This document shows positions 13,871-27,289 of a stretch of DNA of 64,000 nucleotides, in pieces. The DNA lies in assembly GCF_009914755.1 (NCBI RefSeq), contig NC_060928.1; one strand, written 5' to 3'. Position 1 is the stretch's first letter, and every line of letters starts with the position of its first letter. The position numbers and the translations under genes were made by a program. The stretch is from the human T2T-CHM13v2.0 reference genome, Homo sapiens. The notes under the pieces were generated by a model that had not been told where the DNA came from, made no database searches, and saw only the letters and a list, made by a program, of their open reading frames with translations.

Positions 13871-14317
13871 TGTATTGGTTTGCTAGGGCTGCCATAACAA
13901 AGCACTTGAAACTGGCTGGCTTCCATATGGAAATTGATTGTCTCACAGTCCTGCAGGCTAGAAGTCTGAGATCAGGATGTCGGCAGGGTCGGTTCTTTCG
14001 GAGCACTGTGAGAATCTGTCCCATGCCTCTCCCAGCTTCTGGTGGTTTGCTGGCAGTCTTTGGCATTCTTTGTACATCTCTGTCTTCAACTTCACATGGT
14101 GCTCTCCCTGTGTGTGTGTCTGTGTCCAAGTTCCCCCTTTTGATGAAGACACTAGTCATATTGGATTCAGGGTTCAACCTACTCCAGTACAACTTCATCT
14201 TAACTAATTACATCTCCCAAGACCTTATTTCCAGTAAGGCCATATTCTCAAGTACTGGGAGTTATGGATATGACTTCAACATAGGAATTTGGGAGAGACA
14301 CAATTCAACCCAGAACA
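13871..14317 (-). mobile_element. MLT1B/C-type MaLR solo LTR
   Basis: Termini TGTATTGGTTTGCTAGGGCTGCCATAACAAA and GACACAATTCAACCCAGAACA. Confidence 0.85.
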
Positions 14318-14737
14318 GGAAAATCTCAAAACCCTCTTGATTGCAGGTGACCTGGTTCTCCCTAGAGTACTAAATGGGCTCTCTAAAAACTCTTGAGTGA
14401 TCTCCAAAGTTCCAGTTTCAGAGCACTCTGTTCAATCATTCCATTGCCTAGAGCAGTGTTTAGAACAGAGCCTGGTCAGTAGCAACCACTCAATTGTCAA
14501 ATAAATGAAGCTTTATGCATTGAAGGACTCCTCCTTGAAACTTGCCTTCTTGCCTGCATTCGCCGGTCCTCCTCTTTGTCTTCCTCCAGCACCCCTTTAA
14601 AAGTGGGAGTTCCAGCGTTTGGTCCTTTCTTGTCTTATGTTCTCCAATCTCTGGTCAATCTCATCTAATCCCTGAGATGTGGCTGTCATCTACCAACCTA
14701 CAATTTCCAACTCTGACATTTCTCCCTTTGTATAGAC

Positions 14738-14909
14738 TAGAATTGTCAGATAAAATAGAGGACATCCAGTTAAATTTGAATTTCAACATTTAATGTAAGT
14801 GTGTACCCTTAAGTATTTAGAACATATGGATCCTAAAAAATTATTGTGCACTTGAAGTTCAAAGTCAACTTGATGACCAGTATTTTGTTTACTAAATCTG
14901 GTAACCCTT
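14738..14909. mobile_element. MER53 palindromic hAT-type MITE
   Basis: TIR-like ends TAGAATTGTCAGAT and ATCTGGTAACCCT; internal CCAGTTAAATTTGAATTTCA arm; degenerate 8-bp TSD gtatagac/gtctagat. Confidence 0.8.
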
Positions 14910-15039
14910 GTCTAGATTGTGAGACTCTTGAAGTTAAGGATGACACTTAATTAATTATTGGATATTCTAGGTCCAGCACATGAAAGAAATGCAGTTTCAA
15001 AGATACTAAAATATAGAAGAGGAACTTTATTTTATTGAA

Positions 15040-15800
15040 GGTCTGCAGGTGGCAAACCCTTTACTTTTTGATGTCTAAATTGTCATTTCACCTTCATTCT
15101 TAAAAATATATTTGCACTAGATATAGAACTCAAGGATGGCAGTTATATTTTTTAGCACATTCATTTCCACCCTCTTCGAGTTTCCATTTTTTGCTATTGA
15201 GAAGTCTGTTCAGGTTGTCATTCTCCTGAAGATATTATTTTTTTGTTTTCATTATTGCCTCTAACATTTTCTCTTTGTCTTTGGTCTTTACAGTTTCACT
15301 ATGATATGCCTAAGATTGAATTTCTCCTTACTTATCTTATTTGAAATTCTTTGGACTTCTTGAATCTATAGATTGGTGTCTTTCATCAATACTGGAAAAA
15401 TCTCAGTCCTTTTAAAATTGTTCAGTCTTTTAAAAATCTTTCTTCTCCATCTTATTTCTCTTCTCCTTCTGGGACTCCAATTCAATGCATCTTTAAGTCT
15501 CACTGTATCCTTCATGTCTCTTAATCTGGCTTTCATATCTTCCTTCTTTTTTTCTTTCTATGCTACATGCAAGGTAATGTCTGTTATTCCTGTTATCTGA
15601 ATCCCCCTTCAGCTCCTGTCCATGGAGAACCATTTTAGTACCTTTACTGAGGCATAATTAACATACCATAGACCCCACTGGCCATTGTAAGTATATAATT
15701 CAATGATTTTATTAAATTACAGAATTGTGCAACTATTCCCACAATCCAGCTTTAGAACATTGCTGTTATCCGCAAAATTTCCCTTATGCCTGTTTGCAGT
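15040..15800 (-). mobile_element. Degenerate L1M fragments
   Basis: T-rich antisense L1-like sequence, including an L1MB/ME-like 3'-end motif at 15640-15800. Boundaries are approximate. Confidence 0.55.
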
Positions 15801-16350
15801 TAAAAGGTATTCAAATAATTTTAATGGATTAATTTTCAGTTATTTTTGCCCTGTGAGATAATACCACATATTTCACTTTCTCTTAGATTACTCACTCATT
15901 GAGTCATTTATTGTCTCTGGGTTCTTTCCAGATGTTTTGGTCACATAAATAACAGTGATAATCAACAGGTTGCCTTGGTTGGAGAATTATCAGTGGTGAT
16001 AATACTGATGATAATGAGAGCTACCATTTATGTAATGCCTATTATGTCCCTGGATCTTTATTGGGTGTGTTATACGTATTACCTTATTTAAGCTTCACAA
16101 CAATCCTGGAAGGTAGGTATTATTTGTCTCCATTTAAAGGTGAGAAAACTTGGCCTCTGAGAGGCTTGCTATCTTGCCCTAAACTTCATGGCTATGGGCA
16201 ATGGAATTGAGAGGTAAGCTCTAGTTTGACCCCTGAATCATAGGATTTTAAGCAGCAACTTCACCAAGATGAGCAAGTCCTTTCTTGTCTGTTTCTCAGT
16301 GTTGGATGATCTTTGAGCCATTTCATTTCACTTTTAAAAATACAAGAGAA

Positions 16351-16490
16351 GGCTGAGCATGGTGGTTCATGCCTATAATCCCAACAATTTGGGAGGCCAA
16401 GGGGGAGGATTGCTTCAGCCCAGGAGTTTGAGATGAGCCTGGGCAACACAGTGAGACCCCATCTCTATAAAAAATAAAAATAAGATAAAT
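16351..16490 (+). mobile_element. Free left Alu monomer (FLAM_C-like)
   Basis: Single Alu arm with an A-rich tail; TSD-like aaaaatacaaga on both sides. Confidence 0.85.
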
Positions 16491-18201
16491 AAAAATACAA
16501 GAAGGTAAGGAAATCAAATCAGCCACTTTGCTACTTATTACTAATTCCTCTAAAATGTTGGTGAGAATGTGGTTGAAGTAAATGCTAATGGAGCTAATAT
16601 AGGCTCCAGAATTATCTGTTGATGTCACAGGTTTGTGATCTGCCCACTTCCTGGTGTGCCATGAGAACTTCCCCATGTCCTTCAGGGATATTTATCCCCC
16701 TCTGTTTCAAAGAATAATCTGGTTCATTTGAGCCTAGTGAGAAAAACAAAATGCTGGATTTACAGAGGGGTGTGGGGTCTGAAGTGTGGAGAGGAGCATT
16801 AGATAGAGCCAATCAGGAATTTCAGATAAATGAGAGTGTGGGTGAAAATACTGCCTTTCTCTTGATCCAACATGTTATTGTTGGTTATAAATTAACAAGC
16901 TGTTACCCATATGTCTCCTCCACTGTTGATTCCATGTTCATTGGTTGAATGCAGCTTCTATGATGTGGGTTCTTCTATGAAGGATTTAACTTCACAAGGG
17001 CTAAGTCCTCAGGGTAAACGCTCCTAGTTGAAATAAAAGTTCTTGAGTGGCTCAGCTGTGTGTCTCCATCCATGGCTAACTTTGAAGTGTGCGTGCCTCT
17101 TTGAGCACATCAGCAGGGCTGTGGTGTATTTTATGAGGCTGACCTTTTTCTTTGTGGTCTGTGGCTTAGCAGCCACTCTTGTTCTATAGTAAATGAAGAA
17201 TGAGGACAGGCAAAAGGACTTTCTTCATGGCTGCTTGTCTCAGGATATGCACAGGCATCCTAGGGAAACTGAAAACACTTGTGTCCACACAACAGGCCAC
17301 CTGGGTGGCCTGAGTGCCAAACCCTCTTATATGGCATAATTTGCTTCTAATCAGGGTGCATTTTACTCCTATGGAGTGTTTGGTACAGAAAGCGGGTATG
17401 TGTGAACTGAATTTCTCTACTGCTACATTCAGATACTCCAGTTGACATGATAGCATGATGTGACAATAGGTTTTATTGAGTGATCTGGTTCATTAGCAAA
17501 GACGTGAAGTGACTTTTTTGAGAAGGATACAGAGGTTTCCAATAGGTTCAGTGAGAAAGTATGCTGTGGTTAAGTTCTGTCTGCTTGGACATAGGCATGA
17601 GGAATTGTATTTTGTGTGCTAACTCTTACATAGCACCAATATATAGCTCGTATGTTCTCAGTGCTTTACTTATATTCATTAGTCTAATCCTCTCAAAAAC
17701 CATACGTAAGTTATTATTTTACAGATGAGGAAAATAAGGCACAGAGAGGTCAAACAGCCTGCCCAATGTTACAAAGCTAGTGAGTGGCCAAGGCAGGACT
17801 GGAATCCAAGGAGCCTGGGTCAGAGTTTGGGTTCTGAACCACTATGCCAAACTGCCTCTCTATGTACTTATTTTCCTGTTCTAATCAAGACAGACTACCT
17901 AGGTCAGCCGGGTTCCATACAGGCCTCATATTTTTCCCTGGCCTAGGATGCAAGAGGGGATCTTCTCCACATGGATGCCTCCTACACATGAGTTTCCTTG
18001 AATGTCCTTCTTTTCTCCTAGGCTGACAAGGATTTAGATTCCTGACCTTGCAAAATGAGACGGCTTTTTCAGGAAGACAGTGATGAAGCCCCAAGGATAA
18101 ACAGGCACCCAGAGCACATGTTGGTGGCAATTGAACTGTCTTTGACATGCATGATATCTAAGGATGACAGGGAAAGTTGAAGACAATGGTACAGTGTAAG
18201 G

Positions 18202-18519
18202 CAGCAGTCCCCAAACATTTTAGCACCAGGGACCGATTTTGTGGAAGACACTATTTTCATGGACAGGGGTGGGGAGAATGGTTTTGGGATGAAACTGTTC
18301 CACCTCAGATCATCAGGCATTAGATTCTCATAAGAAGTGGGCAACGTAGATCCCTCACATGTACTGGTTAACAATAGGGTTCATGCTCCTATGAGAATCT
18401 AAAGCCGCCTCTGATCTGACAGGAAGCTGAGCTCAGGCAGTAATGCTCCCTTGCCCTTGCAATGCAGCCTAGTTTCTAACAGGCCATGGACCAGTACCGG
18501 TCCCTGTTGAGGACCCAGG
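18202..18519 (-). mobile_element. MER1B hAT-Charlie element
   Basis: CAGCAGTCCCCAAAC terminus, internal GGCATTAGATTCTCATA/TATGAGAATCTAA inverted repeat, 8-bp TSD gtgtaagg/ttgtaagg. Confidence 0.88.
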
Positions 18520-19331
18520 TTGTAAGGAGTCCCAAGCCCATCCTGTTGCCTTAGTTGTGCTACTATTTACCACTTACCTTACCTCCTTTCTTAAGCAACC
18601 ATTTATTAAGCCTTAAACACTTAACTTGCATTATTTCATCCTATCCTCACAACAGCCCTAGGAGATAGGGAGTTATCTGTATTGCAAAGATGAGGAAACT
18701 AAGACTCAAGGAGTTTAAGTAAATTTTGTTTAACTCCAAATTCCTTCTCAATGGATTCCACAGAAAATTTCCACTGTTGTTGCTGCTGAACTCCAAATTA
18801 AGTTAAAAGTCCCAATAAGCAAAATAGACAATAGCGACAGGGGTCCCTGAAGTCCACTTGCCTGCCCAGCTCTTCTTCCACAGCTACCTCTCAGACTCTC
18901 TAGTCCTTCACAGACCACATTTGGGAAATCACTGAAAGTTCCCTGCAGTTCAGCAGCTTAAAATCCCACCCTGTCGTGATGTGGTTGACTGTGGCTTAGG
19001 TCTCCTCTTCCTGAAAGACTTCCAGTCCCTGGGGCACCTTGGGGGCATTCCCCAGTCTCTTAAATGCAGACTCTTCTATTGACTCAAACAGGAAGATATG
19101 GAAGGAAGCACACCTTCCCTGTCCACAAGTTTCTGAGATTTCTCCAGCACTAAGGCTCTTGTTTTTAAATTTCTTTTTAATTTTTATGTAATATACTATT
19201 ATTTTCAAAAGATCTGCTCAGCTCTTATTTTCCTTGAGGTAATCAATGTTAACTTTCATATAATAACTTTCATACCTTTCTATTCTTGTGCATATATTTA
19301 TATCTATTATTTAAAGAAATGGGATTATTCT

Positions 19332-19795
19332 ATTAAGGAAGGCAAAGAATTTTTATCTGAGGAATGTGAGCCCTTTCTAACTTTTAGGCCTAAAAAGCCA
19401 TTAAAATGAGAAAACAATCACATCCTACTTCCCTGCTTTGTGAGCTATGCATTCACCCATTGAACCTGCTTGCTATTGCCTATAAATTAATCTAATAATG
19501 CCACATCAAACACTATAACCCACACTCTAGAGTTTAACAATGTATAGCCAATCACTAATCAATGTTATTTCTGTAAACCAATGAGAATTCCTGACAAACA
19601 ATGAATGTCCTATCAACTCCCTGTCCCTTTTTTTTTTTTCCGTTAAAAATCCATTTGTAACTGCCACTAATTGAATTATACGTTCATGGCAACTTGAATC
19701 TATGCTTCCAAGTTGCAGTCCTCAACCTTGGCCCAAATAAACTCTCTGCTTATATTAATTTTGCCTCAGTTTCTTCCTTTCCTTTTATGTCAACG
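19332..19795 (+). mobile_element. MER4-group ERV1 solo LTR (MER67/MER57-like)
   Basis: TTTTATCTGAGGAATGTGAGCCC near the start, two CCAAT boxes (~19547, ~19579) and AATAAA at 19736-19741. Subfamily is from memory. Confidence 0.7.
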
Positions 19796-19798
19796 TTT

Positions 19799-19930
19799 TA
19801 TATATATATATATATACATATATATATGTTATATATATACATATATATATGTTATATATATACACACACATATATATGCAACTAACATTGCATTGCATAT
19901 ATATATATATATGCATTGCATGTATATATT
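19799..19930. repeat. (TA)n-rich microsatellite
   Basis: Directly visible. Confidence 0.95.
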
Positions 19931-21039
19931 CTGCAACTAGCATTTTTAACTTACAATGTATTATGATTATCACTCCATATCATCACATATAGATTAAATT
20001 TACAATTTTCCACAGTATGGGTCTACCACAAACCTGATATTTTCAGGTAAGAACTTGTCACGTTGGCTATTGGCAGTCTGAGATCTTATCATTTTTGGTC
20101 CACTTCTGCCAAATGTAGAGGATGGCATACATTTGTTTGTTTGGACTAAAAGCTAAGTCGGGGAAGTATGTGATATACTATTTTGGTCAGTTTAGCAAAT
20201 AAAGATAATTTATATAAGAGGGCCTAGTGCAGTGCCAGTTGAAGCACATGTACTCATTAAAGGTTAGTTAAATCTCAAAATATAATATGCTTTGGTAAGT
20301 AAGAATGAACTGAGAAAGTAAAAGGAATATTAGTGTGCCTGGACAGATTTTTATTGAATGTATTTTAAAAGTAAGATTATTAGCTTTTTGTAGATGTCTA
20401 AAGGAAATTGGAAGAAAAGGAGTTATTTTCCCATCAAACACATACTTCTACAGATTGGCTGCCTATGATTAAAATAGAGCCAAACCACACCAGGGTTGCT
20501 TTAGACATTCACCCTTCAGATAACAATAGGTTATCACTTTCATTTTGAACTGCTCTCCAATGAATGCAACCCCCCTCCTCCCAAGAATGTCAATCAATCC
20601 TTACTCCAGTTTGGGCTGATTGGTAAAGTATTAGCCTGCTCTTAACCACACAAAAATAGCTGCACTCCAGGTACTTGTCAGGCAGTATAAGCTCCAACTC
20701 CCTGGCATTCAGAATCCATCAAAAGCCTGGTTGATAGAAACAATACTTATGCACAATTGTCTAAAGAATAATCAGTTCATCTGCCCTCTGTTTTGAAATT
20801 CAAGTTCTATTCATGAACTTAAGAAAGCTGTGTGTATGGATTGGGTTATATTGTACCATAACCCCAGAAATGCTTTTGCCAAATTATGCTTTGGGTTTAA
20901 TCCATCAGCTTCCACCGCAAATTAAAGAAATTGTTAAAAAAAGAACATTATTATGATTAATGTTTATTGTTTGGAGTCCAGAAGAGTTGAGTTTTCATTC
21001 CACCTCTGCCATCTATTAGCCATAAGACTTTAAGGCTAA

Positions 21040-22210
<1,171 letters not shown>

Positions 22211-24046
22211 TTTAATGAGGAAAATACTATTTAAAAGTCTAGAATAAATATATAATCAAAATGCTTCAAAAATTGTGTAATTTCACACTCCAATTTAAAT
22301 AAACTGAAATTCAAAATCATAGATGATGTATTGTGGATGTGATTTATATAAGAAAAATGGCACCATAATTCAAATCAGAGGACTTTTAATCAAAGAAAGG
22401 GCATTGAAAGATTGGGGAATGAATGTATGTTCATAGAATTAATTTACATAAAAGGTTTAAGGTATTACTGAGTGGTTTTTTTTTTTTTTGGCTTTTGTTT
22501 TTGTTTTCAATCGGCCAGTGAATTACTAGACCCATATAATTTCTATTGTATTATTTTCACTAACAGCACTTTTAAGACTCATGAAAGAAATCGCATGAAA
22601 CAGAATGTTTTGGCTTAATGGATTTTGTGAATCAAATAATGTTTTTTTCTCTTTGTAGTTACTCCTAGAAAGCTTGGAGCCAAATGAGTGATTTACCCCT
22701 TGCAAATGGAGACCATTTGATGATACTCATTTTGTATTAATCTTGTGCCTGGCTCCTTGTTTCCTCCCTCATTTCATTTCCCTTTATTTGTTTTAAAGAT
22801 TTATGTTATTTTATGTAACTGTATGTATCATTCAAGATACAGATACCAAACCTGCGACCTTTCTATCTCAAGCAGAGAGGGATTTAGTGTAGAATTAGGT
22901 GCTTAATCAGGGGCTGGAATGGTGGGCTCTAGGCTGGTTCTCCAAGAATATCTTCTTGAAAAACACAGCTAAACTAACCATAAGGGCTGCTGCTGCCTCT
23001 GGCATAGCCAGGATATGGAAATTGGGAGGCCACCACTGGAATCATTGATCTCAAAAGCTCACCTCGTAGCTGTATCCCAAAGGTGAGGAAACTACTGTTG
23101 CTAAGATTGCTGCCTCTGCCTTCTCATGCCCATAAAACTAGGAGCTAGACAACGTAATACAGAAAAACACCATTTCCTATGCCCGTCTTTCCCAACAGCA
23201 GCAGCTGAAGCAGGAGGGAAACGATCGTCTCCACTTCACTTCCTCCTGCTACACCTCAGATAAGTACTGCTGACGGGTGGAATCGAATTCACAGCAAGAA
23301 TCCTAGCTTCAAGAGAGTCCAGGAAATATTTCTCATCAAGTACTCTGCAGCACTGCAACCAAACTAGAAGAAGGCTGCAATGAACGCTAAGAGCCAATCC
23401 AACTGTAAGTATTTTTGTGAGTCGCCATAAATCCTTTCCGGTCTAAGGTAGGGTGGGCAGGGATATAATTAGCAAAATGCTCCCAATCCCTTCACCTTTT
23501 AAAAAATAAAAGTAGCATATCCTCTCGTTATGTTATATCCAACATACCTATTTTTTCCCTCACACAAATATTAACAGTAACACTTGGAGGAAAGAGGAGA
23601 CTGGAAATTAATAAACTAGAGCTGAGTACTGATTCTACTGGCCTTGGGACATGAAACAAGACTGAGACCCAGTTATCTCACTAACACAATGAGAATAACA
23701 GTAACACCTTCCCTAACTACCTCACATTATATTGTAGGTATAAGGATCTCTTTATTTTTGCCTTTAAGAGACATGTGACATTTATGTTTCTAAATCACAT
23801 TTTGTCTGCTGTACACCCCTTGTCCTACCAAGCTGGCAAGAGATTTAATCTAAGTCAGAATTGGGCTCCCTTTCTTCCCCAGAGATGTGTGGAAAGGCAC
23901 TGGGACTTACACAGTAAGAGAGGAGAGATGGTTCTTTGCCTTTGGTCGGTAGTGGTCAATGTAAGATCCTCATTTAAAAGTCATGCATGGTCCCTTGAAA
24001 CCAGGCATTTCTGTTGCTCCTGTACCAGCTGGGGAGCCAGGTCTTT

Positions 24047-25805
24047 GGTGCCAGATATACATTGATAAATGAGGCATAGACAGCATCCTTAAGAAGCAGA
24101 TGGGCTCCTGGGAGATAGAGATCATAAATATATAATTTATTACAATGGGATCAGGGGTAGGTATACAGAATGCCTTAAAAACATAGAGAAGAGAACTATT
24201 AGTTTTGTCTGGGGAGTCGGAAGAGACTTTATGGTGCCTGTCATATAGTAGCTACTCAATAAACCTGGGACCTGGCTCTTCTTTGCTTTTCGGAGTATTC
24301 CTACCAGAGTATTGTGGTGTTGCAATGCATGAGCCCCACTTACTTGCTGCATTGCAAAACTCCTATTTCCTTGCGAGTCTCAGGAAGTTTCCCCAAATAT
24401 CCCTTACCCTCTCTGAGAAAACCTAGCATAATGCATTTTATAAGCCCAGGTTTTAAAAAATGAAGGCCACAAAAAGGAACGGGTGTTGTCTTCTGGCAAC
24501 TTCTGCCTGCCACACAAATTAATCTCTCAACAAATTATACTGCCACATCTGAAAGAGTTATCAGACGTGTCAAGTGTTATATAAATGCATAGAACATAAC
24601 TCAAGGCTTTGCTGTTTGTCTAATCTAGTACGAGGCTGGTCCTAACAAGTAGCAGCATTTTGGCTGCAAGATTCAGAGAATGCCCTGAAAATTGTACAGA
24701 TTAGAAAATATGCAGCATTATTTTAATTGTTACTTTTAGAAGATCAGAAAGAAAGGAAGCAGACAGTCAAAATGAAAGAAAACCTTCTTCAGTTCTGTCT
24801 AATCCCACCAATATCCTGCCAAGCAGCTGAGGGGCTTTGCACAGGTCATTTAAGGTTTGTGGGAGCTGGATTTGTCATCTTTGAAATGAGATGGCCGTGA
24901 TATAGCAATGGTTTTCAACATATTCAGTGGGCATGAGGATGGGAGTGGATAGGTCTCTAACCTTATTTTAACTAGAGCTGCCTGACATTTATCTGGTTTA
25001 TAGATTAGGTTAGAAGAACCCAATCTTGCACTCAAAGCAAGAAAAGGTTTTGAAAACCACTAGACAGATTGATCTCTGGGGTCTATGCTTCTGTGAATGC
25101 AGGTGAATCTTCTGAGAACAGGTGGTGCATGCTATCCCATCGAGGTTCTCTATTAGATGCCAGAAAATGATGGCTGCAGCCCCAGCCATGGGCTCAGAAC
25201 CCAAAAATGTTGTAACAGGACTAACCCTCCTGGGATGTGCATAGCTCCTTGGGAAATAGGAGTTGATGGTGCAATGCCTCCTACCCTGGCTTTGCCAATC
25301 CCTCACCCTTGTTTTCTTTTTTAATTTTTTTTCCCCGTAATCTTGCCTTGGGGTGCACATGTTTGAGGTAAATGAATCAGGACACAGGCAGACAGTCTTA
25401 CACTTCTCTTTTGGCTGCCTTCATGGCTGATCTGTCATTTTCCATACTAGTCAAATGAAGCCCACAATTCTAGAATCTAAGCCACTAGCTCCAAAGTCAC
25501 AGCAGATAACATAAATTATTTAACCACCACAGTCTTCCATCCAAAAAAACATTTTCTGCATACCTGCTCTGTGTGAGGCACAAGAGTAGGTGGCAGACAT
25601 ACATTGATAAAGAAGGCATAGACAGCGTCCTTAAGAAATATATGGGCTCCTGGGAGATAGAGGTCATAAATATATAATTTATTGTAATGGGATCAAGGGT
25701 AGGTATACACAATGCCTTAAAAGCCTAGAGAAGGGAACAATTACTTTTGTCTGGGGGGTCGGAAGAGACTTTATGGTGCCTGTCATATAGTAGCTACTCA
25801 ATAAA
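24047..25805 (+). repeat. 217-bp direct duplication (24047-24263 and 25589-25805)
   Basis: Ungapped hand alignment at offset 1542 gives 19 mismatches (~91% identity). Confidence 0.95.
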
Positions 25806-25829
25806 TATTTATCAATGAGAAGATGTTTG

Positions 25830-26050
25830 AGGTGATAGACTTTGAAGTTAGACTGTGTGGAATTGGGTCCCAGCTTCATCACTTTATCAGCTGTGTAACT
25901 TTGGGCAAGATATTTAAGTTTTCTGTGTCTCAGTTTTCCTATCTGAAAAAAATGGGGTAAATTGTACTGGGGTCAACAGTTGTGAGGATTAAGAGTTAAT
26001 GTAGATAAGGTACTAAAACAGTGTCTGGCATATGGTAAATGCACTGCATA
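25830..26050 (+). mobile_element. MIR
   Basis: MIR core agctgtgtaactttgggcaagatatttaag...tctcagttttcctatctg. Confidence 0.75.
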
Positions 26051-26449
26051 GGCTTGCGGCTTACTGTGGGCATTGAACTGGAGTTTGCAGGGTACAGAAA
26101 AGAAGGACAGATAGTGCCTGGGATCCAGATTAAAAACAGAATTTTTCAATAACTCAGTGAGGAAACTTGCTGTGAGTGGAATTAAAGAAAAGGGGTGGGG
26201 CTTGGGGGGCGATGCGGGAGCCCCAGCTCCCTGTACTTGTCCTCCCTTCTTCTCTGCCTCTGGCCTCCTGTCATCTTCCTTCTCTATCTCTGATTTTTTT
26301 GTAACGTTTTGTTCTCCTTTCTTTCCTTCTCCTTTTTTTGACCCCAATTCCCTTTTCCTTCCTCCGTCTTTCTTCTACTCTCTGCTTCCTCCTCCCCTTT
26401 CCTCTATCTCTCTTCAGCCTCCTGAGACCTGCTCTTTGCATCCTCTGTT

Positions 26450-26454
<5 letters not shown>

Positions 26455-26480
<26 letters not shown>

Positions 26481-26753
26481 CGAGACGGAGTCTTGCTCTG
26501 TCGCCCAGGCTGGAGTGCAGTGGCGCGATCTCGGCTCACTGCAAGCTCCGCTTCCCGGGTTCACGCTAGTCTCCTGCGGAGTAGCTGGGACTACAGGCGC
26601 CCGCCACCATGCCCGGCTAATTTTTTTGTATTTTTAGTAGAGACGGGGTTTCACTGTGTTAGCCAAAATGGTCTCCATCTCCTGACCTCGTGATCCGCCC
26701 GCCTCGGCCTCACACAGTGCTGGGATTACAGGCGTGAGTCACCGCGCCCGGCC
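26455..26753 (-). mobile_element. AluY with ~10-bp internal deletion
   Basis: Y-type diagnostics (GCAAGCTCCG, TTCACGC), CpG-rich, T26 tail; lacks most of CTCAGCCTCCC. Confidence 0.92.
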
Positions 26754-27289
26754 TCCTCCCCTTTTTAATTTCCCTGTATCCCTGTTCTTCCTCCCCCTGC
26801 CTACTCAACCAAGCTGGCTCTACAGATACTTCTCCAAGGCCTGAAAAACCAGACCTTCTTCTTCTCTCTGCCCCACTGCCCCTGGCAAGAAGCATAGTAA
26901 TAGGCTTAGGACAGACCAGAAGAGATAAGTAAATCTTTTTTGTTATTGTTGCTTCTCCGAGAATGATACCAGTGTTTGCCCCTTTGTTCCAACACAGCCA
27001 GGGCTCTCTTTATGACATGTGTAGCTTGGGGTGATCGTGGCTTTTGGTCTTCTAACTTCTCACTGTCAAACATTCTAACAGTTTTCAGGGTTTAAATGGC
27101 AGTCATTGATATGAACAGAACCACCCCTGCTGACACCCTGTAGGGGATAAAGCCGGAATCTTCAGAAGGAAAAAATCATGAGTTTTCTACACTCAGAAAT
27201 TAATGCTCAGGCATGAAGAGTAAGCCTGGAGCTGGGGCAGAAGGCCTTTGAGAAGTCTGGCCTGGGCATCTCCTGAGAGGGGCTTTCAT

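Noticed and set aside
26157-26693. 178-aa ORF
   Set aside because: It is a CT-rich tract plus an antisense AluY.
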